Origin: Scenedesmus sp. PABB004
Lineage: Eukaryota
Length of the DNA: 64,000 bases
Reading direction: 5' to 3'
Assembly (NCBI GenBank): GCA_014905635.1
Contig: JABVCE010000011.1
Coordinates: 1,116,001 to 1,180,000 of the forward strand
The position numbers and the translations under genes were made by a program. The first letter of the stretch is position 1. Every line of letters begins with the position of its first letter. Of this stretch, positions 13,092 through 26,497 are shown piece after piece. The notes beneath the pieces are model-generated. The model saw only the letters and a program-made list of their open reading frames with translations, had not been told where the DNA came from and searched no databases.

Positions 13092-15031
13092 ATGTTCTTC
13101 GGGGGCGGCTTTCCCGGGTTCGATGGCTTCCCCGGCGGCCCGCCGCCCCGGCGGGGGCCCAAGGGCGATAACAAGCGCTACTACGACCTCCTGGGCGTGC
13201 CCCAGACCGCCACGCCGGAGGAGCTGAAGAAGGCGCACCGCAAGCTGGCGCTGCAGCACCATCCAGACAAGGGTGCGCTGCCCGCCCGCCCGCGCGCCAC
13301 GGCGCCCCGCGCCGCCGGCGCTCGCCGCCCACGCGCCGCGCCCGACCGCCAGGCGGCGACAGCGACAAGTTCAAGGAAATCAACGAGGCCTACGACGTGC
13401 TCAAGGACCCCGAGAAGCGCAGCATCTATGACGAGGTGACCCGCCCAACCCGCGCGCCCGCGGCCGCCGCGCCGCCGGCTGGGCGGCGGGGGCAGCATTT
13501 TAAGGCGCCCCAGCTGGGCGCCGCGGGCGTCCGGGCGCCACGCGCCGCGCAGCGGCCGCCGGCGCGCGGCGAGCCGCGCCGCCGCTGCTGCGCCGCCACG
13601 CCGCCGCACCGCGCCGACGCCGCGCTGCGCCGCCGCTGCTGCGTCCGCAGTACGGCGAGGAGGCGCTCAAGGAGGGCATGGGCGGCGGCGGCGGCGGCGG
13701 GGGCGGCATGGCCGACCTCTTTGACATCCTCAGCGGCGGCGGCGGCGGCCGGCGCGGCGCGCCGCGCGAGCGCAAGAGCGAGGACGTGATGCACCGCCTC
13801 TCCGTCTCGCTGGAGGAGCTCTACAACGGCGTCACAAAGTGCGGCGCGCGGGGAGCGCGGGGGAGCGCAGGGGAGTGTCGGGGAGCGGGGGCAGGGACGG
13901 GCCGGCGGCGCTGGCGCGCAGAGCGCCGAGCGTCGAGCGCCCCTCCGCCCCGCGCGCGCAGGAAGCTGTCGCTGTCGCGCAAGCTGCCGTGCAGCAAGTG
14001 CAACGGCACCGGCAGCAAGAGCGGCAAGCGCCACACCTGCAGCACGTGCCAGGGCTCGGGCGTGCAGGTCCACATGCGGCCGCTGGGGCCGGGCATGGTG
14101 CAGCAGATCCAGTCGCGGTGCGGCGGCTGCAGCGGCAGCGGCTTTGCCAGCGTACCAAGTGAGCGCCGCGGCGGCCGCGCGGGCGGGCGCGCGCGCGGGC
14201 ATGCGTGGGCGGCGGCAGCGCGGGCGGCGGCAGTGCGGGCGGCGGCAGCGCGGGCGGCGGGGGCCCCGCGCGCGCGCGCGCGCGCCGGCGCCGGCCGACC
14301 GCCGCGCCAACCGCCGCGCCGCGCCGCGCGCGTCAGGCGACCGCTGCCCCGGGTGCGCTGGGTCGTGCCTGGTGAGCGAGAAGAAGACGTTTGAGGTGCC
14401 GGTTGAGCAGGGGATGCGCAACAACCAGAAGATCGTGCTGCGCGGCGAGGCGGGCTGCACCGAGCCGGGGCTGCAGCCGGGCGACGTCATCCTCGTGCTG
14501 CAGCAGCGCGAGCACGACGTGTTCACGCGCCTGCCCAACCCCGCGGACCTGGTGTTTGTGAAGCACATCAGCCTGCGCGACGCGCTCTGCGGCTGCAGCT
14601 TTGTGACGCGCCACCTCGACGGCCGGCTCGTCAAGGTCACGTCGCCGCCGGGCGAGGTCATCACGCCCGGCGCGTTCAAGGTCGTGCCCGAGGAGGGCAT
14701 GCCCGTCGCGGGGCGGCCCTTCATCAAGGGGAACCTCTACATCAAATTCGAGGTCGACTTCCCCGAGAGCCTCGACCCCGCGCTCGTCACGTCGCTGGCG
14801 GCGGTGCTGCCCGCGGGCGCGGGCGACGCGGGCGCGGCCAACGGCAGCGCGGCGGCGGCGATGGACGCCGACGACGCGGAGGAGTGCCACATGCGGCCGG
14901 TGGCCGACTTTGAGGAGGAGATCAAGAGCCGCGCGCGCATGGCGCGCAGCGCGAGCAGCAACGCGTACGACAGCGACGACGACGACGACATGCCGCGCGG
15001 TGGGCAGCGCGTGCAGTGCGCGCAGCAGTGA
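13092..15031 (+). CDS. DNAJ: Type I Hsp40/DnaJ (YDJ1/AtJ3-like), farnesylated
   Basis: J domain with HPD, G/F-rich region, four CxxCxGx(G/C) repeats and a C-terminal CaaX (RVQCAQQ*). Confidence 0.95.
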
Positions 15032-15646
15032 GGCCGCGCGGCGCGCGCGCGGCGCGCGAGGCCGGCGAGGCGGGCAGCCAGGCGCGCCGCCGCAGGCGGC
15101 GGGGCAGGCGGGCGGCGGGGGCGGGGTTGCAGCGCGGGGCGGGCGGCGGCGGTCCGCCGCCGGCCCGCCCGGGCGCTGGGGGCGGCGGGGGGAGGGCAAC
15201 GGGCCTGAGCGTGTACAAGTCCCCGCCGGCGCCGCGAGCTGGCCACCCAGCGCGGCAGGAGCGTGCAGCAGAGGTTTCTTGCGCGCCGCGCCGCGCGCCT
15301 GAGCACCGCCATTGTCCGCACCACCTGGAATAATCGCGGCCGAGGTAACGCGCGAGCGAGCGCACCGCGCCGATGCCACAGCGGCGGCCCGCGCCGCACG
15401 GCTCCACCAAACCACCTGCGGCGTGTCGCAGCCGCGCCAACAGCGAAACACCCGGCCGCGCCGCGACGGGCGGCGGCGACGGCGGCAACAGCGAATGCAA
15501 GTGCGTGACCGTGTGTGGGGGTTCGCCTGACCGCGCCCTGCCCGATGCTCAACCCGAATACCACGCCCCCGCGCCAGAGCACAGCCGTACAGCACTACCA
15601 GTGACCACTACTCCCAGAGCACCGCCCGCCCGTTCGCGCCGCCGCC

Positions 15647-16072
15647 TCAGCGCCCGGCATGCGTGCGCGCGCGCTGCGCTGCCTGCAGCTGCTTGACCGC
15701 CGCCGCGCCGTGCACCGGCGCCGGCGCCGGCGCCGGCGCCGCCGCGCGGCCGGGCGCGCCGCCGGCAGCGCTGCGCTCCGGCGCGGCGAGGCCCATCGTC
15801 GACAGCAGGCCGCGGAAGACCAGGTCGCCGAGCAGCTCGTACCCGGCGACAGTGAGGTGCACGCCGTCGTCAAAGAGCGCGCGGCGCCGCTCCGGCGAGA
15901 GGCCGGCGTAGTCAAAGGTCGACTCGAGGTCCAGCAGGGCGAGGCCCTTGTTGCCGGCCGCGCGCTGCGCCGCGACATAGGCCCGCACCTTGGCCGTCAG
16001 CGCGCGCCGCTGCGCCTCGCGCTCGCCGCTGCGGGCGGGGCGGCGGCGGGGCGGGGCGCGCGGGCGGGCGTC

Positions 16073-16103
<31 letters not shown>

Positions 16104-17002
16104 GCGTCGCGGCGGGCGCGGCGCGCGGCGCGCGGCGGCGCGCACGCGACGTTGGTGGGCAGCGTGGGGATGATGAGCACGGTCGCGCCGTCGGCGTTGG
16201 CGGTCGCCCACATCTCACGCATGCGCTCAAAGATCTCCGGCGCGTTCTTGTTCTGTTGGTTTGGTCGTCAGCAGCGGGCGGCGCCGCGCGGCGGCGGGCG
16301 GCGTTGGCAAAGGGGGCCGCGGCCCACCCGCCCGCTGGCTCACACAGCTGCGGCCTCGCCAGCAGCGCGCGCGCGCGCCTGCAGCAGCAGGTCGTTGATG
16401 CCCGCCTCAAACGTGATGAAGTGGTACGGCCGCCCCGCGGCGCGCGCCTCGTCCAGGCGGCGGCGCCACTCGTCGTTCAGGCGGTCCAGCACGCCCGCGC
16501 TGCCGACGCCTGCGCGCGGCCACGCGTTTGAACCAGCGGCGCCTGCGCCGCCGCATGCGTGCTGGCCCCCGTGGCTGCGTCGCGCGTGCGGCGGCTGCCG
16601 CCGCCCCCCGGGCGGTGCGCACCGCCATTGACGACCTCAACGCTCCAGCCGTCGCCGAGCCGCGCCGCGAGCTTGGCCTGGACCGCCGGCGACCAGGGCA
16701 CCTTGGTGTAGGCGGAGTTGATCCAGCCCTCGGTGATGCTGTCGCCAAACGCCAGCACGCGCAGCGCTTTGCCCTGGGTGTCCAGCCCGAGCAGCGGCGC
16801 CCCCGCGGCGGCCGCGCCAGACACGGCCGCTGCCGCCAGCGTCGCGAGGAGCAGCACCGACGCGCGGCGAGTCTGCGAGCGGGCGGCGGGGCAGGGGTGG
16901 AGCTCACGCGCGGCGCGGCGGCGGTTGGCGTCCGGCGCCGCTGCCCAGCTGCGGGCGTCGCTGCCGCTGCTGCGCTACGCGGCTCACGGTTGGCAACACC
17001 AT
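15647..17002 (-). CDS. Secreted SGNH/GDSL hydrolase
   Basis: Micro-exon MVLPT (17002-16988) splices in frame to a signal-peptide-like TRRASVLLLATLAAAAVSG. Blocks AFGDSITEG, EAGINDL and DGVHL give the S-G-N-H residues. Confidence 0.85.
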
Positions 17003-17300
17003 GGCAACTCTCGGGAGCCACTCGGGGGCCGGCGCGGGTGCAAGACCGACCGGTTGCCTAAAGGCCTGCCGCTGCCCGAGCACGCCCGTCTGCGCTGTCC
17101 TGGCTCTCCTGCGTGCGTCGATACCGTTCGTTGTTGCACGAATGGCGCGACGCCACGACGCCCGCACCAGCTGGCCGCTCGCCCAAGCCGGCGGTTCGAT
17201 CGTGCCGCCGCCCGCCCGCCCGGCTGCCGCCGCCACGCGCGCGCTCGCTCCTGCCTCCCGCTGCTCTCCCTGCGCCTGTACAGACCACTCCACACACAGC

Positions 17301-20300
17301 TCACCAGAATGCGGTGCTGGGCATCGTCCCAGCATAGCCGCCAAAGCCGAGCCCGCCGCCTTGGCTGCCGTCGCCGGGCGCCTGGCTGTCGGCCCCGGCG
17401 CCGCCGCCGCCCTGCTGGCTCAGCGCTGCGACCTGGCTCAGGCCGTTGCCGAGGCGCCCCCGGCCCGCGCCGCGCTGCCGCTTGGGCGGCGGGCCGCCGC
17501 TGGGTAGCGGCATGCCGGCGGCCGCGCCGCTGTCCGCGGGGCCGCCGCCCTGCTGGCTGGCCCCGCCCGCCACGCACACCCCCGGCACGCGGTACTGCCC
17601 TGGCCCCTTCTTCAGCAGCTCGCCTGCCAGGCCAAGCGGGCGCGGCGCGGGGCGGGGCGGGGGTGGGTGGGTCAGCTCGCCGCCGCGGGAGGTAGGGCCG
17701 GCGCCGCACGCCACCCCTCGCGACGCACCCGCTTCGTTGAGCTGCGCAAGGAAGGTCTCCGGCGTGGTCTTGGTGTTGAGCTTCAGCTGCGCAATCAGCG
17801 CCTGCGCGGCGCGGCCGGGGCGCGGCGCGTCGGCCGCCGAGTACGCACGGCGCCGACCGCGGCGGCTCCCCCGCCGGGCAGCGCGGCAGCGCGACAGCCA
17901 CCTGCAGCTCCGCGGCGTCAAACACGTCCCGCCCCTGCTGCGCCGCGAGCGCGCGCAGCGCGGCGAGGAAGCGCGCGGCCTCGCCCGCCTTGCCGCCGCG
18001 GCTGCCGGGCGCGCGGCGGAAGTCGAGCGCCGGCAGGCCGGCGCCGGGCAGGCCGCCGGGCAGGCCGAGCGGGGCGTGGTCAAACATGCCCTCCTTCATG
18101 ATCTCGATCACGTCCTGCGTTTGAACGTGCGTTTGAACGCACGCGGTTGAGTTTGAACGAGGGCGTCGACCGAGCTCGCACGACGCGCGCGGCCGGCGGC
18201 GGCAACAGAGCCTGGCCCCCGCCGCACCAGCGCGTCGTCGGGCGTGACCAGCTGGCGCAGCTCCGCGCGCGCGCGCGCCTCGGCGAGGCGCACGAGGCTC
18301 TCGAGCTGCCGCGCGGTGATGGGCAGCCCGCCGCCGACGCCGCCGAGCGAGGAGGAGCGCAGGGAGAGGTAGAAGTCTTGCAGGATCTCCTTGGCCTCGT
18401 CGGAGAGGACTGGGAAGACGTGCGTGCGCGCGTAGGCAATGTACTTGCGCAGCAGCTGCACCGGCAGCAGCGAGCCCTCCGCCGCGCCGTCTGGCGGCGC
18501 CGCCGCCGCGGCGGGGCGCGGGCGTGAGCGCGCGCGCTGGCGTCGGGGGCCCAGCGGCTGCGGAGCAGCGCGCGCGCCGGGCGCGCACCCGCAGGCATCT
18601 TCAGCCGCAGCGCCAGCGGCAGCCGCGGCTGCTGCCCCGCGTCCCCGCCGTCGCCGGGCGCCGCCCTGCCGCCGCCGCCGCCGCCGCCCTGCGACGCCGT
18701 CGCCTGCAAGCCCGCGAGCAGGCCCGACAGGCTCGGCGCCTGGCTCAGCGCCTGCGCCTGCTGGTGCTGCAGCAGGCGCTGCCTCGCTGCGTTGGCGCGG
18801 TCCGCCAGGCCTGCCAGGGGCGGGAGGGGCGGCGGGGCGGGGCGGGGCGGTCAGCCGGGGGGACGACGCGCGCGCCGCCAGAGCGCGCACGCGCGCGGCC
18901 GGCGGCAAGCTGGCTGGAGGCGGCGGCGCACCGCTGTGCAGCGCCATGACGTGTTCGCTCAGCGCCTGGTCCAGCAGCTCATCGGGGCGGTCGAGCAGCA
19001 CAAACGTGAGGTCGAAGCGGCTCAGCATCGCGGGGCTCAGCCGCAGGTTCTCCTGCAAGCGCCGGCGGCGGCGGCACGCAGCGTCGCACGCGTTGGCAGG
19101 GCGTGCGGGCGTGCGGGGGCGCGACCGCCGGCGCGCCGCACCTGCACCGTCTTGCCGCGGTCAAAGTGCCCGCCCACGGGGTTGGCGGCCGCGATGATGG
19201 TCGTGCGCGCGGGCAGGCTGGCCACGAGGCCCGCCTTGGCGACCGACACCTCCTGCTGCTCCATCGCCTCCAGCAGCGCCTGCGTGGCACCGGCCGCGGC
19301 GCGCTGCGCGTGCCGGGCGCGCGGCGGCCCCGCGCACGCGCGCCGCGCCGCCGGCAGGCCCAGGGCGCCTGCCTGCCCGCCCGCCCGCCCGCCCGCCCGC
19401 CGCGCCTGGTGCTCGGCAGGCATCTTGTCAAACTCGTCCACGCAGCACACGCCGCGGTCGGCCAGCACGACTGCGCCCGCCTCAAACATGCACTCCCCTG
19501 TCACCGCGTCGCGCACGACCGACACGGTCAGCCCCGCGGTCGTGCAGGTGTTGCCGCACACGTACAGCCCGCGCGGCGCGGCCGACGACACCGACTGGGG
19601 GTGCGCGCGCGCGGCGCGACGGCGCTGAGTGCGCGGCGCTGAGCGCTTGGCTGCCGCGCCGCCGGCCGGCGCCGCCGGGCGCCCCCGCCCCGCCGTGCCT
19701 GCAGCAGCTGGCTCTTGCCCAGGCCGGGGTCGCCGACGAGCAGCATGTTGATGTCGCCGCGGATGGCCACCCGGTTGCTGCTGCTGCCGTGCTTGCGCAC
19801 GCCGCCAAAGAGGCTCAGCATCAGGCCCGCCTTGACGAGCTCGTGGCCGTAGATGGTCGGGCACAGCGCGGCCACGAGCTGGCGCAGCTGGTCGCCCTCG
19901 TACGCCTCTGCGCCCGGCGCGGCGGCGGCGCGGCGCGGCGGCGGCGCGGTTGGGCCGCGCGCGGCTGTGACCTGTGACCTGTGGGCTGTGGGCTGTGGGC
20001 TGTGAGCTGTGAGCTGAGTGAGCTTCGCGCGCCGCAGTTCGCACTCACCCGTGAAAGTGAGTATGAACTGCAAGTCCTTCAGCGTGAAGTCGGGCATGTT
20101 GGGCGCCGCCGCGCTGAGCTGGCGCTGCAGCGCCGCCGTCGACGCCGCGCGCGCCTGCGAGCCGCCCTCGCCCTGCGCGGCGCGGCGCGCGTGCGTGCGC
20201 GCGCGGGCCCGCGTGGGCGGCGCGCGGCGCGCGCGTTCGTGCGGCCCCGCGCGGCCCGCGCCGCGCCCGGCCGCCCCGCGCCGCAGCCCCGCGCGCCTGG

Positions 20301-21920
20301 CTGGCGGGCTCCGCGCCGCCGCCCCGGCCCGCGCGCTTGTTGTTGACCAGGCTCAGCGCGTCCACGTAGATGAGGTACAGGCTCTGCCGCGGCGCGCCGC
20401 CGCCGCCTTTCTTGCCGGCGGGCGGGCCTGCGCGCCGCGCGGGACGCGCGCGCGCGTGAGCGCGGCCGCCGCCGGCCCCGCTCGGCCAGGTGGCCCCTCG
20501 CCGACCGCGCGAGCCCCGCGGCGCACCCGAGGGCTTGCCGTCGCCGGTCGCGAGCACCTTGACCAGGCCCAGCACTGTAATGACGTCACCGACGGTGCAG
20601 CACCCCACGAGGTCCTGCCGCAGCTCCACCTCCACCGAGCGCGGCACCTTGCCCTGCGCCTGCGCGTCCGCGCCCAGCAGCTCCTGCGGGCGCGGCGCGG
20701 CCGGGGGTCGCAGACGCGGACGCGGACGCGGGCGCGGCGGCGCCGCGCCACCCACACGCACGCACCTGGAGGCGCAGCTTTTGAAAGTCGATGCACCGCG
20801 CCGTGGAGCGCTCTGGCACAAACTGCCGCCCCCGGCAGCCCTTGTCTGCGAGGGGCCGCGCCGCGGCGCCGCGGGGGCCTCAGCGCGCCGCGGCACGCGC
20901 GCCGCCCGGCGCCGCGCGGCGGGGCCGGCGGGCGGTCGGGCGGGCGGGCGCTCCTCCCCGGCCGGCGGCGGCGCACCCGAGCACCGCGTCGGCGGCGCGT
21001 AGCGCCCGTCTGGCAGCTGCGTGGGCACGGCGGCCCCGCACTTGGCGCAAGAGAAGACCATCTCAACGATCAGCGGCCGCACGTGGCTCATGCGCGTCAC
21101 AGTGCCCCTGAGCGTGGCGAGCTTGCCTGCGGGGCGCGGGCGGCGGGCGCGCGCGCGGCGGCGGCGGCGCGGCCGTCGGGACGCGGCGCGGCGCGCGCGG
21201 CGGGCCGGCGCGCGCGGCGCGTGGTGCGGCGAACAGCGCACCGATCGCGTTGGACTTGAGCTGCCGGATGTGCAGCTCCGAGGGCGCGTGGTTGACCAGC
21301 CGCACGTGCACGCGCGCCGCGCCCGCCTCGGCGGCCGGCAGCGCCGCCGTGCGCGCGCGGTGCGCCGTGAACAGCGCCTGCACGGGTGCGGGTGCGGCGG
21401 CGTGCGCGCGCGTGTCGCACTGCGCTCTCCCTGCCCCTGGTTCCGCCGCCGCCGCTGCCCGCCGCCCCCCCCCCCCCCCGCGCACCTCGTGCGCGGCGGC
21501 CGAGAGGCACGCGATGCCCTCCAGCGGCTGCATCTCCAGCGCCGCCGCGAGGTCGGGGCTGTCGCACAGCGCCGTGAGGCGCGCGTAGTCAAGCTCCAGC
21601 ACGTACTCGCCGCCCACCTCGAGGCGCTGCGAACGGCCACGGGCCCGGCTGAGCGCCGCGGACGGGCGCCGCGGACGCGCTGCGCCAGCGGCAGCGCGCG
21701 GCGCGCGGCGGCGGCGGCCGCGCGCGGCGGCCCTCACCTGCAGGCCGCGCAGCAGCTCCCAGCCGCCCTCGCCGCCCAGCGCGGCGAGCAGCTCCGCGAC
21801 GAGCAGCGCGCGGCGGTCGGCGCCGACGTACGCGGTCGCCGGGAAGTACAGCCCCCAGCAGCCGGGCGCCGGCGGCCCGCCCTGCAAGTTGGCGCTGCTG
21901 GGCCGCTGCTGCGTCTGCAT
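17301..21920 (-). CDS. MCM8: MCM8 DNA helicase, multi-exon
   Basis: [14 protein letters not shown]...CAKC...[12 protein letters not shown] zinc finger, Walker [13 protein letters not shown], Walker [15 protein letters not shown] arginine finger, [18 protein letters not shown] and C-terminal [12 protein letters not shown]. Confidence 0.92.
19964..20023. repeat. Imperfect 7-bp tandem repeat (CTGTGAC/CTGTGGG/CTGTGAG) in an MCM8 intron
   Basis: Read directly. Confidence 0.8.
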
Positions 21921-22275
21921 GGCGGCGTGCTGGGCGCGCGAGCGGGGTCCTCAGGCGGCGCCACGCATCGCCGCGCCGCCGCCGCTGTGCTGCTCGCGCG
22001 CTGCTGCTGCTGCGCCGCGTGCGGCCCGCGGCGCTGAGCTGTCGCGGGTGCGGCGCGACGCAGGCCGGTGGCAGAGGGCTGCCGGCGTGTCGGTGGCAGG
22101 GGGGCCTGAAACGCGCCGGGCGGCGCGCAGCGTTTGAGCGGTCGTCGCAACACGCAGCGCGGTTCTGCAGAGCGCGAGGGGCCCACGCTGCGGCGCCTGG
22201 ACGCTATTTCAGTCTGCTGCTCGCCAGTCACCGCCAGCGCCCGAACCAGCGCACGCCGCCGGCGACGCCGCCGCG

Positions 22276-22996
22276 ATGGCGGACGCGGTGCAGCAGCAGC
22301 CCCACGACCAGCAGCAGCCGCCGGGGCTGGGCGCTCTGCTGGGGCAGGGCCTTGCCAGCCTGGACGGCCTGGCGGGCGCGCGCCTGGGCACGGCGGCGGC
22401 GCAGCACGCGGCAGCGGTCGCGGCGCTCGCCGCTGCGCTCGCGCTCGTGCTCGCCACCATCGCCGCGGGTGCGCCCGCCGCCGCTCCCGCTGCTGCGCCG
22501 GGACCTGGGAGGCCGTGGGAGGGCGGAGGAGGCGACGGCGCGTCGCAGCGGCGCGGCAGGCGCCGACCGCCGCCGCTGCTCGCCGCTTCGGCCGCGCGCC
22601 GCCGTCGAGCAGGCTGGCTCACGCTGTGGCACACCACGCTCAAGGACGTCGGCTTCTTCAGGGAGGTCATGGGACTCAACCGGTGCGCCCGGGCGCCCGG
22701 CGGCGCGCGCCGCGCGAGCGCGCGCGGCAGCTGCACCGCGCCGCGCCGTGCAGAGGCGGAGCCCGCCTCGAGCGCCCGCCGCGCCGCGCCGCGCTGCGCG
22801 GCGGCGCGCAGGCCCAAGCCCGACGTCAAGGCGGCGCGGCAGGCGACCATCGCGGCAGAGATTGAACGTATCAAGGTGCGGCGCAGTGCGGCGGAGGTGC
22901 AGCGGCGGCTCGCGCCAGCACCCCGCGCCCACGCGCCGCCCGACCGCCGCCGCCGCAGAGGCAGCACAGCCGCGGCGCGGCGCGCAGCCGGCACCA

Positions 22997-23027
<31 letters not shown>

Positions 23028-23042
23028 CCGGCGGGCAGCTGA
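22276..23042 (+). CDS. Small single-pass membrane protein, SMIM13/DUF4750-like, 4 exons
   Basis: A TM segment is followed by [21 protein letters not shown], which resembles the SMIM13 GWxxxW...FLREL pattern. Exons splice in frame to a stop at 23040-23042. Confidence 0.55.
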
Positions 23043-23452
23043 GGCGCCGCACGCAGCGGTGCCTCGACCCTCGCTCGAGCGTTGGCGGCAGCACCCTCAT
23101 CATCATCACCATCACCACCTCCCTTGCGTCACGCCTCCTTCGGCAGCGGCGGCGCGCGGGCGCGCGCCCCTCGCCACTGCGCCCGGGCCTGGCGCCGCGC
23201 GCGGCCGTCAGCGGCGGTCGCTGGCGAGGCAGCCAGCCGCGGCGCCGCGCGGCGCGAGCTGCTGGCCGCGCGAGGGCCGCGCCAGGACGCGCGGCGCGGT
23301 TACGGCAACTGCGTCGCCCCCAACTCCCAGGCCGGCCAACTGCCCGCGCACGCGCCGCCATGGCAGGCCTGCCGCAAGCACGCACGCACGCAAGCAGCCA
23401 AACACTGCGCCAACCAGCGCCGTCGCGCGCGCCGCCGCCGCCGGCTCACGCC

Positions 23453-26299
23453 TCACGCCTTGGCGTCCGGCACGCGCCCCAGGCCGCGCTCGTCGTCGTC
23501 CAGCGAGTCGGGCGGGCGCGCCGCAAACGCCTCGAGCTTGGCGGCCTCCTCCGCGGCGGCGCCCGCGCCCGCACTGCCGCCGCCGCGCGTCTCAGCCGCG
23601 TCGCGCGCGCTGCCCGCGCCGGCCGCGCCGGCGGCAGCCTCCGCGCGGTACGTCTCCGCCTCCTCGACCCCGGGGCTGGCACCGGGCCCGACGCCGTGCA
23701 CCGCGGCGACGCGCTCCGCCGTCGAGTCGGACGTGACCTCGGCCGCGGCGTCGTCGTCGCCGCGCACGGCGGCGTGCGCGTCGTCGCCGCCGGCCGCGAG
23801 CGCGCCCTCCGCGAGGCCGCGGTCCACCGAGGCGACGCCGGTCGCGCCGCCGGCGCCGCCGCCGCCGCCCGCGGTGCGCGCGGCGCGGCCCACGTCGGCG
23901 GCAAAGCCACCGCCCATGCCCTCCTCGCCGCCGCCGCCGCCGTAACCGCCTGCGGCGCCGGCGGCGCCCCCGACCGCGTCGGCCAGGGGGAGGCCGTCGC
24001 GCTGCAGCGCGCTGTCGTGCGCGGGTCCGCCCTGGCCGACGTCTGCCTTGACCAGCCGCTCGGCGTCGGGCGGCGCGCCCGCCGCGAGCGCGCCGCCGCC
24101 CCACTCCTCGCCGCCCGCCGCCTGCGCGTCGCCGCCCTGCGCGCCGCCCGCCTCACCTGCGGCGGTCGGCGACGGCGGCGGCGCGCCCTCAGCGGCGGCC
24201 AGCGCGTGCGGGCCGGCGTCGACGCTGCCCGAGGCGCTGCTCGTGGGAGTGGCGGGGGGCGCGCCGCCGCCGCCGCGGCGCGTCGGGCGCGGCGCGTCGG
24301 CGTCGGTTGCGCTCCGCCCGCCGCCGGCGGCGCAGTGGCGGTAGCGCGGCGACCCGAGGTCGCCCCGGCTCGCCGCGCTGCCGGGCGGCGCGTCGTCGAG
24401 GCTGCGAAAGGCATAGTAGCCGCTGTCGGCCACCTCCTCACCGCTGCCCAGGCCCCAGGCCGCCGCCCCGCCGGCCCCGCCCCGCCTGGGCTCACCCGCG
24501 TCCGGGGCGCCGCCGGGCTGCGGCGGCGCGTCGGCGGCGGCGCGGTCGTGCGCCGCCGCCGCCCCCGCCCGGCCGCGCGCCCGCGCCGCGGCCGCCCCGG
24601 CGCCGCGCACGCGCGCGCCGCGCGGCGGCGCCTCGGCCGCGCCGGCCGCGCGCTCGGCCGCGCTGGCCGCGCGCTCGCGCGCCGCCTCAGCCGCGCCGGC
24701 CGCGCGGTCGGCGGCCGCGCCGGCCGCGCCCCGCGCGCGCGCCGCCGCGTCGGCCAGCGCGGCCTCCGGCCCGCCCGCCTCGACGCCCTCGCCGACGGTG
24801 GTGTACTGCTGCCCCTCGCCCTCGCTCCCGGCCTCGCCGGCGGCGGGCGGCGGAACTGGGGCAGCGGCACGTGGCCGGCGGCGCTCGAGACCTTGGACGC
24901 TGCCGCCCGCGCCGCGCCGCCGAGCGCGTCGCGCACAGCGCCCGTCACGCCCCCGCGCGCCGGCCCGCGCTCCGCGGGCGCCAGCTCAGCCTCGGTCGGC
25001 CAGTCCATGCCGCCGACGGCTGCCTCGCCGGGCCCGCCGCCGCCCACGTGGTTGGCGTCCGCGCCGCCCCCCTCGCCGGCGCTGCCGCCGCCGGCCGCCG
25101 CCGGGCGGTCGCGGTCGGAGGCGAGCGAGGCGCGCGTGCGGTCGGCGGCGGCGGAGGCGCGCTGCACCCAGCTCTCCGCGGCCGCCTACGGGCGGCGCGG
25201 CGGGCGCGCGCGCGTGACGCGGCGGCGGCGGCCGGCGCGGAGCCCACAGGCGCTGGCGCCGCGCGGCGCACACCTGGGCGCGGCTCGCGCCGGCGCGGAT
25301 GTCCTCGGCCGCCTCGCCCTCCGCCGCGGCCGCGCGGTCGCGCGCCGCGACCGCCTCCTCGCCCACCTGCTCCAGCTCGGCGCCCTGCGGCGCGCGGCGC
25401 GCGCGGGCGGCAGGCAAGGCATGGGCGCGAGCGCGCGGCAGGCGGGCACACGCGGCGCGGCGCGGTGCAGCGCGGCAGGCCCGCCGTCGCACCTCATCGT
25501 AGACGCCCGCCTGCTCCGGGGTGCCAGTGAGCGCGTTGACGACGCGGCGCCCCGCGCCCGCGCCCAGCGCCGCGCCCGCGCGGCGCCCGCGGGCCCGCCC
25601 ACCGCGCCCAGCACCGTGCCGGCGGCGGTGCCGAGCGCCGTGCCGGCGGTGCGCGCGATCGGGTGCGCACGACCGCCGCCGCTGCCGCCGCCGCCGCCGC
25701 TGCTGGCGCTGCGGTCGGACTCGTCGCGCCGGCGCTCCGCGCTCGCGGGCGCGGCCGCGGGCGCGGGGCCGGCGGCCATGGCCTCCGCGCCCTCGCGCGC
25801 GCCCTCGCGCCCGCCCGAGGGCTCGTCCTCGCGCCCGCCTGCGGGCTCGCCCGCGGGCTCGCCCGCGCCGCCGGCCGCCTGGCCGGCGGCCTCGCGCTCG
25901 GCGATGCCGAGGCGCTCAGAGGGGTCGAGCGCGGGGTTGGTGTCGGACGACTCCACCTCCGCCTCGCGGCCCGCGCCCACGTCTGCGGGCCCGCCGGGCA
26001 CCGCGCCCGTCTGCGGGGCACGCGCGCGCGCAGCGGTGCAGCGTGTGGCGCGGTGCAGCGCGGCGCGGGGCCCGCCCCTGCGATCGCCGCACCTGCGACG
26101 ACGCCGCGGCGTCGCCCTCAGGGGGCACCAGCGGGCGGTCGCCGGCGCCGGCGCGCAGCAGCAGCGGCGCCGCCCGGCGCGGCGCCGTGGCGCCGCGTGC
26201 GGCGCGGGGGCGCGGCACGGGCGCGGGCGCGGCGCAGCCGGCGCGGCGCAGCGGCCGCCGCGCGGGCGCGGCGGCGCGCGTCGACGTCGTCGTCAGCAT
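23453..26299 (-). CDS. LEA-like hydrophilic Ala/Gly/Glu-rich protein with transit-peptide-like N-terminus and glycine zipper; two apparent frameshifts
   Basis: ATG at 26299 ([15 protein letters not shown]...). Contains [17 protein letters not shown] and LEA-type repeats such as [25 protein letters not shown]. The coding frame switches near 25580 and 24850. Confidence 0.55.
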
Positions 26300-26497
26300 C
26301 GCGTGGGGCGGCGCGTGCGCGGGGGCGTGGTGTCGGGGGCGTGCTCTCGGCGGGAGTGGGCGCGGGAATGCGGGGCGCCGCGCGCTCGCGGGAGGGCGCA
26401 CCCGGCGCGGCGGCGTGAGACCCCAAACCGCGCCGACTGCGCCATCGTCGCGGCATCCCGCGCGCCGCCGCCGCGCCCCCGCACACCCCGCCGCACG

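Noticed and set aside
17301..21920. MCM9 or MCM2-7 assignment
   Set aside because: [21 protein letters not shown] and the LLKKGP tail fit MCM8.
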